From contig NC_087437.1 in assembly GCF_036321535.1 (NCBI RefSeq), positions 28,956,001-29,020,000 on the forward strand: a stretch of DNA of 64,000 nt, written 5' to 3'. This DNA is from Camelus dromedarius. Its lineage: Eukaryota. The position numbers and the translations under genes were made by a program. This document shows positions 13,206-24,937 of this stretch, in pieces. The notes below the pieces were generated by a model. That model was not told where the DNA came from. It ran no database searches and saw only the letters and a program-made list of their open reading frames with translations. Within the stretch, counting starts at the first letter, position 1, and the number at the start of each line of letters is the position of its first letter.

Positions 13206-16200
13206 GCTTTCTTTAAAATTTAGCACTCAATATATTCTTCTCTTGGTAAATCCAGACCTATGACAGTGTGAAGAACTTAAGAGTCCACTGATAATTTAAT
13301 TGGTAAATGCTAACCTGTAATATATAATTCCATACAGTGATATACAAATCCACTTTTAAATTTCAATTAATTTTTAAAATCATTTCTCCCTTGAAAAACA
13401 AACAGGCAATTTAGTACTTTTAACAGCAAACGAATAATGACAGCCTGGTAAGGATACTATACAATCTTACTATATCACTCTATAATTTTCAATCTATGGA
13501 GATAATATTAACTTTACTGAATCCCTGGAGAGTTATCTCACATTTCATATTTGATTGTAGATGTAAGAGAATAAAATGATACATTAATATATGGCTTTTA
13601 TTGGTCTAAATACATGCAACAATCAGACTTCTAGATTTCGAACATGCAGGTCAAGTTGCAGAGCAGAACTTCTATTTGTAACTTCCAGTGAAAGTTACAA
13701 AGAACACTTCTTTTCCTCTCTTAAATAAATGCCTTCTGGTGGCCTTTCTTTTAAGGGTAAAAAACTAAGGAGCCTATGGCTGCTGGAAAAAAAAATACTG
13801 GGGTTTTTTTTTGTTTTTGTTTTTTTTTTTACTGGTTTTCTTTATCTTTTCCACCCAGAAGGCTAACGAGAAAACCAGGGGCTCATGCCTCATCATGCTT
13901 CCATTTCTGCACACTTCAGAATGACTTGCTATCGCTTCTGGCTTTTAAAGCCCAAAGTCTACCCTGAAGATCTGACAAAGAAAGAGAACTAGAAATATTC
14001 TGAGCTTGTGAATAGACTCCCCCAAGTGTTTTCATTCCTTGGTCATCAAATTGGAAGTGACTGGACCAATTCGACGTTTTATTCTCTTTGGCACTTAGCT
14101 CTATAACCCCAAGGTTCTGGGGGAGAGTTGCCAAAATAGCATGTAGACACTGCAACTAATTTACTTTGCTTGACCTAGCAATTAGTTCTACTTGTCCCCA
14201 TCCTTTAGCCCAAACTTCCATTCTTCAACTGTGGCAAGATGGATAGCAAGAAATAATTTGCTATTTTGTGATTCAGTAAAATAGAGCTAACCAAAGAAAT
14301 AATTGGATACCAAGCAGAGCTTGTCTTCTACCTATTCTTGAATCAGTAAAGGTTTCATGCAGGAAATTGTCCTTCCTTCTATAAAGCATATGAGACTTGG
14401 AAAGTGATTCTTGATACGTAGCTATTTGAAACGTATATAACTTTACTCTTTGAAAGTCTGATGTAACCCTTTGAAGTTTTCCAATTCTGAGACACACAGC
14501 AGCCAGAGCTCTTGTTTGCAAATGACAGAAGCTGACCCTGGTTCTCTTTAGGAGAAAAGGTTTTTATAAGAAGTTTAGTCAAGGCTCAGGGAGTCAAAGA
14601 CAAGCTGGAGACCAAGACTTGGGAACTGAAAAATAGTTAGGATAGTAACAGAAAATTATAAAGAATAAGTAAAATAACCATCTTTTTGCAGGAACCATCT
14701 CAACAAGAAGTCACCAATTTCATTTGCTTCAGACAGAAACATCTGATTGACTGAGGCTTTGTCATGCTCCCATACCACCTTGCGTGGCAAAAGAGTGCTT
14801 AAAACATAGCTGGTTCTTAATAAATGTTGAATGAGTAAGTGAACAAATTAAGTTGTCTGATTTGTAGTCATAAAAATATCTTTTGCTTAAGCCACTTCTA
14901 GTTGTCAAGACCAGATTCTGAATATTCTTCTGATTTTCTGACACTTTCAAAGAGTTAATATGAGTCAAAAATCAGTTTTTTCTGTCCTCAATTCAGTGGG
15001 TCATTATAACTAACTTCATTTTATTTCTGCCCCTGTTTATCTTCCTCCAGAAGGGAGGAAGCTGGACTGGGCTGGATAATATTAAGAGGAGGCGGTATGT
15101 AATTTGTCAGCTTACTATGTCTGATTTTCACTTTCCTCAAAGAACTCTTGAAATGTCATGTGAGAGATGGACACAAGAAGCAACAGGAAGCATTAAGAGG
15201 AGAATTCTGAGTGTGTAGAGAGGGTTTGAAGTTAAAATATATATGAAGAGAAATATGAACTATATATCTAGGTTGATTTTTTAAATGAGTGTATTGCTAC
15301 ATCTCAGTGAGGGTCTGGGAGGAGATCACCATGTGCAAGACACTCTCTTTCTACCTAGATCAGACTTGTCTGCACAAGCCATTTATTCTGAAAAAATATA
15401 TCAAAGTCTACCCTGAGTTCCGTCCACAGTGACCATTCCTGATGACTGCTCCTTGGTGAGACAAGACATTTTCTCTTCTCTATTACGCACTCTCTCTGGG
15501 TGAGGCATCCAACCCCCAGGATATAAATACTATCTCTATACCAGTGACTTCCAAATTCTTTTCACCAGCCTTGACACTCTCCACAAATTCAGGCTCCTGT
15601 TTCCAGCTGCCAAATTGAGATCTCCAAAAAGTTACACAGGCAGAGCAGAATGCTGATTTTCACCAAATCTACTCCTTCCTGATCCTTCTCAAACTCACCA
15701 CCAACTTACTTAACCCAAAACTTAATGATCCTTCTCTTTCTCATCACAATTACAGTCTAGCAGTAAGATCTGTGGTTTTTGACTAGAAAATACACCACTG
15801 ATCTAACCAGTCCTTTCCATCCTCACAACCAGCCAGCAGAAGCTACCCAATCTCTTGCCTGGATAACCAGAGTGTCCATCTAACTGGCCTCTTTTCATTT
15901 GCTCTTAACCCCAAATCCATCCTTCACCCAGCAACCAGAGTTATCTTTTTAAAACATGCATCCCATCATATCACTTCTGTGATTCACATCTTCCCACGAC
16001 CATCCTTTGCACTTCAAATCAAACTCCTCTCCCCGGTATCTAAGCTTTATATCATCTGATACTGGCTTAGGAATCTGGCCTCATCTCATAACATTTTCTA
16101 TGAGATCTAATTCATACCTGCTTTCTTGTAGTTCTTTGACCCACAAAAACTTTGCTCTGTTTGTTCCCTTTGCTAACATGCCCTCCCCTCTGAGCATCAT

Positions 16201-16324
16201 CTGACTGACTCCTTCCTATCGCTGCCGTCTCAGTTTAAGTATCTCCTCCTCAGAGAAACATTCTCTGGGTATCCGATCCAAGGTAACCCCTCCATCACTC
16301 TATCCTATCACATTTCATTTGCTC

Positions 16325-16371
16325 TTTTTTTTTTTTTTTGAATAAAGGTAGATTTATTCAGAGAGATACAT
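16325..16371 (-). mobile_element. very short polyadenylated retroposed fragment
   Basis: T15 then gaataaaggtagatttattcagagagata; minus-strand AATAAA ends 13 nt before poly(A); TSD atttg(c/a)tctt at 16317-16326 and 16372-16381. Confidence 0.6.
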
Positions 16372-16394
16372 ATTTGATCTTATAGTACTCGTTT

Positions 16395-16768
16395 ACATTA
16401 GTGTGACAGGGCTGCCATAACAAAGTACCACAGACTGGACAGTTCAAGCAACAAAAATTTGTTTCCTCACAATTTTGGAGGCTAGAAGTTGGAGGTGAAA
16501 GTCAGTAGGGTTGTTTTCTTCTGAGGCCACTCCCCTTGGCAGGTAGATGGCTGCCTTCTCACGGGTCTCCCTCTGTATATGTCTGTACTTAATCATCCCT
16601 TCTTATAAGGACACCAGTCAGATTGGATTAGGGCCCAACCTAGTGACCTCATTTTAACTTAATTTTCTCCTTAAAGACTCTATCTCCAAAAATAGTCACA
16701 TTCTGAGTTACTGGGGGTTAAAATTTCAATATATGAATTTTAGGGGAATACAATTCAGTCCGTAATAC
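16395..16768 (-). mobile_element. MLT1A/B-like solo LTR
   Basis: agggctgccataacaaagtaccacagactgg...ttataaggacaccagtcagattggattagggccc...tacaattcagtcc. Confidence 0.85.
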
Positions 16769-17156
16769 TTAGTTATTCATTTATTAATAAATACCAGATA
16801 CACACCCACACCTCTACTTCAAAAAAAAATAACTTCCATAAAAGCAGGGACATTATGTGTCTTGAAAACCATAATATATCCTGCACTGAAGTGTGCCTAG
16901 CATATAGTGTGTATAGCGTATATAAAGTCTAGTGTAACTTACAATTCATTAATTTATTTACTAATAGAAGATTTCCTTTTGAAAGAATATCAATTACCAA
17001 TAAAGCTCATGTTTGCTTGTTTCTTTATTCTCTACTCACAACTTCTTTTTAAAAATATGCATAATAAAATGCAATTACTTAAATTTAAATAGAATTTTGA
17101 GTTCCAAATTCCTCATAATTTGACAATATGTACAATTTAAGAAACATTTAAGTTCA

Positions 17157-17420
17157 TGGGAGTTTAAGATTTGCAGACACTAACCACTATATATAAAATA
17201 AACAACAAGTTTAAACTGTTTAGCACAGGGAATTATATTTAATATCTTGCAGTAACCTATAATGAAAAAGAATATGAAAATGAATATATGTAAGTATATG
17301 AATGACTATATTATGCTGTACACCAGAAACTGACACATTGTAAACTGACTATAATTTTTTAAAAAATTAATAAAAATAAAACACATGAAACATTAAAAAA
17401 AAAAAAGCAACAACAACAAA
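17157..17420 (+). mobile_element. 5'-truncated L1 3' UTR (camelid-type)
   Basis: gggagtttaagatttgcagac...ttgtaaactgactata plus A-rich tail; short repeat aagttca on both flanks. Confidence 0.88.
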
Positions 17421-17959
17421 AAGTTCAAATTGCTCCTAGAAATATTATGGACAGCAAGGAAAGGAAAGAAACAGATTCCATTTTACTTCAGCAAAATCAA
17501 TTTATGTCAAAGTTTATTATCAAATTCTACATAGAAATCTTTCCCATTTTACTTTTATCAGTTCTTGGCATAAAATTTATTTGTCTAAAAAGAAAGAAAA
17601 ATAGTAATCTTTGTAACTGTAAGTAAATATTAATCTATTCAATAGATTGAAAGCCCTGTTTAATCATTTAAGTAAAATGTAATAATTTTTCTTTAGCGTT
17701 GTTATACTATGTCATCAATAAAAAAATAATTTGAATGAGTCACAATTATATATATGTGTTACCTAATTGGTCTTACTGACTTTACTTTTAATTGACTATT
17801 CCTTCTGGTATAAAGTACCAAATTCAGAAATAAGAAATTTCATAAGCTAAAGATAACCATATCATCTCCATCGAAAGCACAAAAAAAAAAAAAAAAGGAT
17901 TTTGATTTTTCTAACCCCAAAATATGTGCAACTTCTTCACAGTCAAGGTGTTTAGATGA

Positions 17960-18200
17960 CTGGATTACAGGCCCCAAAGCTAATCTCACTAGGTCACCTC
18001 CATCACTTGTCAAATGTGGGAGATTTTAGACAGCTTTCTAACCTCTCTGCACATTAATTATCTCATCTCTAAAATGGATATAATAATACACCTATCTCAC
18101 GGTATTAGGTTGCTATGAAATTTAATCAAAGTTATGTAGGGAAAAGATTAGCATGGAATCCCAATGGTAAATACTTACTAAATATAACAACTATGTTTAT
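17960..18200 (+). mobile_element. MIR remnant
   Basis: aacctctctgc...tctcatctctaaaatggatataataatacacctatctcac. Confidence 0.6.
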
Positions 18201-18789
18201 TAACAGACTAAAGTTCCCAGAAATTTTTATTTTAATTTAAAAAACTAGCTTCTAGTATAGAAGATAAACTAGATATTGTCAGTTCTCCATGATGACAGAC
18301 AACAGATATTTGGACATTTGCAGTATGAGAGTATGTGATTCAAAAGAAAAAAAAAAAATAAGGAGTTCTGAGGTGTGACTCTAATCCTAGGTCCCATGGT
18401 AAACTTGCCAGTTTTCACCCTGGTTTTGGGCTCCATCAATCAAACAAAAAAAATGATTAGCTTTTATACAAAATTGGTATTAATTTTGTATTTTAAATTG
18501 TTTCTTAGGTGTTTTTTTCCAATTAAACTATAGTTTTATGCTATCAGAAGCAAAATTTTTCCATGATAAGAAGGAAAATGTATTGAATTGCCAAACAAGA
18601 AATATGGAACAATGAGACTGAAAACTACACGTGAGATGTGGAAATTTCATAGATAACAAGGGATCTGCCCACACCTCTGACCTGGTCTTGATAATATGCT
18701 ATTTTCAGCAAGATAGGTAAGTACTTCTTCAGATGAATTAGAATGACAAATACTAAAAATATAATAAATGCTTGTTAAAGAGTAATCAA

Positions 18790-20372
18790 ATGCAGTAATC
18801 AAGATAGTGTGGTATTGGCAAAAGAATAGACAAATTGATCAATGGAACAGAACAGAAAGGCCAGAAATAGATCCACATAAATATACAACTCATCTCTGAC
18901 AAAGGAGCAAAGGGAAGGCAATGGAGCGAAAGCAGTCTTTTCAACAAATGGTGCTGGAACAGCTGGACATCTACAGGCAAAAAAGAATCTGGACACAGGC
19001 CTAACACCCTTCACACAATTTACTAAAATGGATCACAGACCTAATGTAAATGCAAAACTGCAAAACTAGGTGAAAATAGAGATGATGTTGGGTTCGAAGA
19101 TGATTTTTTAGATAGAACTCCAAAGGCACGATCCATAAAGAAAAGAACTGATAAACTAGACTTCATTCAAATTAAAAATGTGTGCTCTATGAAAGAAAAT
19201 GTCAAGAGAATGAAAAGACAAGTGACAGACAGGAAAAAAAATATTTGCAAAAGATATATCTGATAAAGGACTGTTATCCAAAATACACGAAGAACTCTTA
19301 AGATTCAACAATAAGAAAACAAACGACCTGATTAGAAAATGGACCAAAGACCTTAACAGACACCTCACCAAAGAATATATACAGACGGCAAATAAACATA
19401 TGAAAAGATGCTCCACACATGTACTGAAGGAAATGCAAATGAAAATAGCGGTGAGATACCAGCACATACCTATTAGAATGGCCAAAATTCAGATACTGAC
19501 AACACCACAGTACTGGTGAGGATAATGAGAAAATTAGTAAGAAGAAACAAGAACTCTCATTCATTGCTGCTGGGAATGCAAAATGATACAGCTACGTTGA
19601 AGGTAGTTTGGTGGTTTCTTACAAAATTAAACATACTCTTACCATATGACCCAGTAATTACACTCCTTGCTACTAACTCAAATGAAATGAAAACTTTTAC
19701 ATTCACACAAAAATTTGCACATGGTTGTTTACAGCAACTTTATTCATAATTGCCCAACCCTGGAAGCAACCAAGATGTCCTTCAATAGCTGAATGGGTAA
19801 ATAAAGTGTGGTGCATCCCAACAATGGAATATTATTCAGCACTAAAGAGAAATGAACTATCAAGCCGTGAAAAGATATGGAGGTCACTTAAATGCATGTT
19901 ACAAAGTGAAAGAAGCCAATTTGAAAAGTGCACATACTGCATGATTCCAACTATATGACATTCTGGAAAAGGCAAAACCATGGAGACAATAAAAAGAGAC
20001 GTGATTTTTCAGGGGTTAGGACAGAGGGAAGAATGAACAGCAGGAGCACAGAGAATTTTTAGGTCAGCGAAAATATTCTATATGGCACTCCTACATAGGT
20101 GGATACATGCCATTTCAGATTTCTCCACATCCATAAAATGTACAAAACCAAAAATAAACCCTAATGTACACTGCAGACTTTGGGTGATTACAACATGTCA
20201 ATTTAGGTACATCAATTGTAACAAATGTACCAACTCCGATGGGCGATGTTTACCACAGGGAAGACTGTGCATATGTTGGTGCAGGGGGTATGTGGGAAAT
20301 CTCTGTATCTGTCACTTAATTTTTCTGTGAACCTTAAACTACTCTTAAAAAATAAAGTCTATCAAAAATAAT
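18790..20372 (+). mobile_element. L1MC1/2-like LINE: ORF2 3' end and 3' UTR
   Basis: Degenerate ORF2 C-terminus (WKQPRCPS, TMEYYSALKRNE) and the L1MC tail aaccctaatgtac...aaaaaataaagtctat. Confidence 0.85.
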
Positions 20373-21469
20373 ACAAGCAAAACTTTCTTAACAAAGAGTA
20401 GTGAAGTGAAAAATTATGAAAGATTGCCAAATTTATAATTAAATATCAGTTCTGATGGTGATATAACCTGACTTAAATTAATATTATAAAACACTACAGT
20501 GTAAAATATTTAAATGATATTGTGCCCTCAATATAAGCATTTGTTATTTTTATTATTAATTCCTAAGCAAACTACTTCTTCATTAAAAATAATCTTAACT
20601 ACAGGTATTTGATCTGTAAAGAAACACATTTAAAAGACTGTTAAAAGGCATTAATTAAAGGTGGCACAGATCAAAAAATGAACAATTGGTACTCTAGAGT
20701 TAGGCTTTGCTACTGAATATTTAGGTTTTCAGTCATATATAGAAATAAAAATAGACCATCAAAACTGTATTGAGCATTTTTATGTGCTTAGCTATTGTTT
20801 TTAAATGCAGGAAAGAATAAAAAAGATCTATGGCTCTTAGCAGACAAGAAAATGAATATATGAAACTCATGAAGTTTGTAGCATGAACCATAATTGAAAT
20901 AGAATCCCTAGAAAAGAAATCTTCATGGCGAAAGTAAGATCTTGGCTAAATTTCCAAGGAAGTGTTAGGATGACCAGAAGGGAAGAGAATTATTCCTGAT
21001 TCAGAACTGTCACAGGATGTGGGTTTATGCCAGGGAGAGAGCTTCCAGAAAGCAGACAGCTTGGTCAAATTCCAGGCTCTGCATCTGCTAGCTGTGTGAC
21101 CGATGAGCTAGATGACACGCTAGGACTCTTCGTATCTTCTTCTCATTGACCCTTACAAGAGCTTTAGGAGTCTGAAGTTCTTAGCCTCATTTTATAGAAG
21201 AAGAAAACAAAGAACGAAAGAAATCAAGACCAAATCCCTAATTATACAGTAGAGCTATATTTGAAATCCTGATCTCTCTGGTTTTAAAATTATGCTTTTC
21301 CCACTATACCAAGCTCTCTTCTTTGCACACTCATATACTGTGACATTTATTTCTGCATATATAACTGTGATCTGCATATATAATTGAATAAAAATAAACA
21401 TAAGTTGTATACACAAAACTAATATTCACAGCCTTGCTGTGTTTGGAAAGGCAGTGCTTTTTTTTAACA

Positions 21470-22460
21470 AATAATTTTTAATAGTTACATTTACCTGGAT
21501 GATTCACAAGTCAGAACAAGAAAGTACACACAGAGAAGTCTTGCCTCTGTCCCTTTTTTTCCTCATTCTTTCCTCTACACATTCTAGGTAATGATTCTAT
21601 TCATTTCCTATTTATCTTTCCATGATTCATTAACTCAAGGAAATGTGAATACTATATAGTCCTTTCCTCCCTCTTTTACTATCTACACTGACACACACCC
21701 GTCTCTTTACTAGCAGTCCATCCTGGAGAACATCCAGCATCAGTCACTAGAGGGCCTCATCAGCCTTTTTTACGGTGGCATAATAGTCCACCGGGTGGAT
21801 GTGCTGTCATTTGAGCAACTGGTTTCATACATGTGTAGGTATACTTGTGGAACTGACTTCCAGAAGTGAGATGACTGTGTCAAAGGTAGATACATCTTCA
21901 GAGCTAGTAAACATTGCCAGTCTTCCTGCTATAGGGGTTGTACCATTTTGCATGTCTACCAGGAATATATAAGAAAGCCTATTTACCCACAAACTTGACA
22001 ACAGAGTATGTTCTCAAACTTCTGGATTTTTTCCAATCTGATAGGAAATGAGATTTCAGTGAGAATTTCATATTTCTCTTTTTATTAGTAAATGCTCTTT
22101 TTTGAAGATCTTTTCATAAGATTGGGGGCCATCAGTATTTTATGTTCAGCAAACTGTCTGTCCATATCTTTTGTCTATTTTCTATTGTTTTCATTGGTCT
22201 TTTTGTTTTCACTTTCTAGAACTGCTTCATAAACTTAGGAAAATTCATTTTTTGCCCAAAGTATGAGATGTAAGTATTTTCCCCAGGGTTTTAATATTTA
22301 TTTGCCTTTTGCTTATAATGTTTTATTGTAACGTAATTGTGTGTGTGTGTGTGTGTGTGTCTTATTCATCAATCTTTTCCTTTCTGGCCTCTGGGCCATA
22401 CTTAAGACACGTCTTCCCCAGTCCATGGTTTTAAAGGAATTTCCCCAAGTTTTCTTCTAG
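21470..22460 (-). mobile_element. old L1 (L1ME-like) antisense fragment containing (TG)n at 22338-22360
   Basis: ttccagaagtgagatgactgtgtcaaagg, gttgtaccattttgca, ccaatctgatagg. Confidence 0.65.
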
Positions 22461-23779
22461 GAAGTCTCAATGAACATGCATTATCTTCAGAATGCAGAAA
22501 TGATGTTAGCATTGCTAGCTGAGAAAAAGTAGTTTAACATGTACTAAGCTCCTACAAGGTGTCATACACATTAGATACACAATCAATGATAATACTCTGG
22601 CCCTGCTTTTGAAGTGCTTACAGCCTCATCTTGATATGTTTTGGTAACAGATGAGGACACGGCTTTGTGCAGAGGACTAAGAGAGCTCACCTACGGGACA
22701 ATAGCCCTGGTGGTCTAGGAAGGCTTTCTAGAAGAAATGATGCTGCTTTGTAATTCTAGGGACAGATGATGAAAGAGATTATTTATGAAAAGAACAACTA
22801 ACATATGTAGAAGAAATAATATGTTAGATGCAAAAATTTCACAAACCCTGATGAAAATATTGAGTCAGGCAAGAATTAATGATTGGCACTAAAATCATTA
22901 GGTGTATAAATGATGGAGAACTAGATTTTTTATATTCCTTAGAAATCACACAGATTACATTCAGAATTTTGTAACTTAAGCAAAGGGTCAAATGTAGTAT
23001 CATGGATGGTTGGGATCTATGGAATACTGGGCACACAACAGCACCTAAACTATCTAAAAATTTGTAAATTGAATTTTTATCATAAGGCTTTAAGATGTAA
23101 TTTATACTTTATATGAAATAAAGAAAACAAATTTTAACAAAACAAGAAAAAACCTAAATCAACACCATGTACAAACTGTGTATAGGTCTCTTAACAGACA
23201 ATTTCATTTACATATTAATTTTACATAATACACATACATATAACTATAAATAGGATATATGACAGCTTAACCTGTTATGGGTCTAAGGTGGGTCTAAACC
23301 CATATGGGTCTAAAACACCTTATTGCATGGTCTTTGTTAACCTAGATAATCCTCTTTTGAATTGTAATTCTGTCGCTTATTTGGATTATCTTTCTCTTGA
23401 GTCCCAAACTGATCAGTTCCTTCTATAACAGTAGCTAGAAAGTCTATCCTGACAACAATTTTCTTGGTAGTTCGTTTATGCTTTTTGACTAGGGAAAGTT
23501 AATTCTCGGTAACCAAATTTACCCATGAGCCAACCAGCAAACGAGGGCGGCTTGGCTGCCACCGGTGTGTTGATCACTCTTTCTGTTCTCTTTAAGTGAA
23601 CTAGAGGATTGCTGACAGAAAATGGGAGAGTTGGCAAAGAAAACCAGTTTCTGGAAAACAGACTGAAAGCAATGCATTCGCATTCAGAGACATGGACTCT
23701 GTGATGATTATGAAACATTCGTGTGTCCAGTATCAGATCTGGATTAGCTCTGCCCACATGCCCCCACACTCTTTTCAGG

Positions 23780-24090
23780 GCTGAGGGTCACTCTGCTCCT
23801 GAGCACTTTTCTGCTCCCTCCTCCAAAGAGGTCTTCCCTGAACTAGCCACATCCTAATCCCCCTCCCTGTGTCATCACCCTCCCTGCTGACTATCCATAT
23901 TTACCTGTATTCATGATTATCTTACTATCTATGGTTACCATGTTTGTTGATGTGGCTATGTACTATCTGATTCCCTTCACTGGAATGTAAGCTGCATGAG
24001 AGCTGAGGCTAGATCTAGTTTGTTCCCTGCTATAACAGTGCCTGTCATATAACAGGTACTCAATAAAAGTTCGCTGAGTGAACAAGTGCA
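23780..24090 (+). mobile_element. L2 3' end
   Basis: ctggaatgtaagctgcatgagagc...acagtgcctgtcatataacaggtactcaataaa. Confidence 0.7.
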
Positions 24091-24176
24091 ACACACCACC
24101 ATCAAGTGTTTTCCCCTGTCACTGGCATACACTCTTAACTAAGGATAAGGCCTCTGTTTCTTTAAGAGGTGTTCTA

Positions 24177-24937
24177 TAAGTCCTGAATGATAAATGCTGG
24201 AGAGGGTGTGGAGAAAAGGGAACCCTCCTACACTGTTGGTGGGAATGTAGTTTGGTGCAGCTATTATGGAAAATAGTAAGGAGATTCCTCAAAAAACTAA
24301 AAATAGACTTACCGTATGAACCAGCAATCCCACTCCTGAGCATGTATCTGGAGGGAAACTTAATTCAAAAAGACACCTGCACCCCAGTGTTCACAGCAGC
24401 ACTATTACAATAGCCAAGACATGGAAACAACCTAAATGTCCACTGACAGATGACTGAATAAAGAAGTTGTGGTATATTTACACGACGGAATACTACTCAG
24501 CCATAAAGAAGAATAAAATAATGCCATTTGCAGCAACATGGATGGTCCTGGAGACTGTCTAAGTGAAGTAAGCCAGAAAGACAAAGGAAAATACTACACG
24601 ATATCACTTATATATGGAATCTAAAAAAAAAAAAAAAACTTATTTACAAAACAGAAACAGACTCACAGACATAGAAAACAAACTTATGATTACCAGAGTG
24701 GGAAGGGGGTAGAAAGGGATAAACTGTGAGTTCAAGATTTGCAGATAGTAACTAATACATATATAAAATAAACAAGTTTATACTGCATAGCATAGGGAAT
24801 TATATTCAATATCTTGTAATAACTTAGGGTGAAAAAAATATGAAAATGAATATATGTATGTTCCTATATGACTGAAGTATTGTGCTGTACACCAGAAATT
24901 GACACAGCATTGTAAACTGACTATACTTCAATTTAAA
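24177..24937 (+). mobile_element. 5'-truncated L1 (ORF2 end plus 3' UTR) with TSD
   Basis: aaatgctggagagggtgtggagaaaagggaaccctcc...; TSD aa(g/a)aggtg(t/c)tcta at 24164-24176 and 24938-24950. Confidence 0.92.

Larger units (their letters stand above)
15410..16920 (+). mobile_element. L2 fragment, interrupted by a short retroposed tail and an MLT1 LTR
   Basis: L2 motifs (cagcaaccagagttatctttttaaaacatgca, cctcctcagagaaac), 3' end gtgcctagcatatag. Confidence 0.7.

Noticed and set aside
13729..13744. Additional CTCF motif (GGCCACCAGAAGGCAT, minus strand)
   Set aside because: Mismatch at a high-information G of the core; too weak without data.
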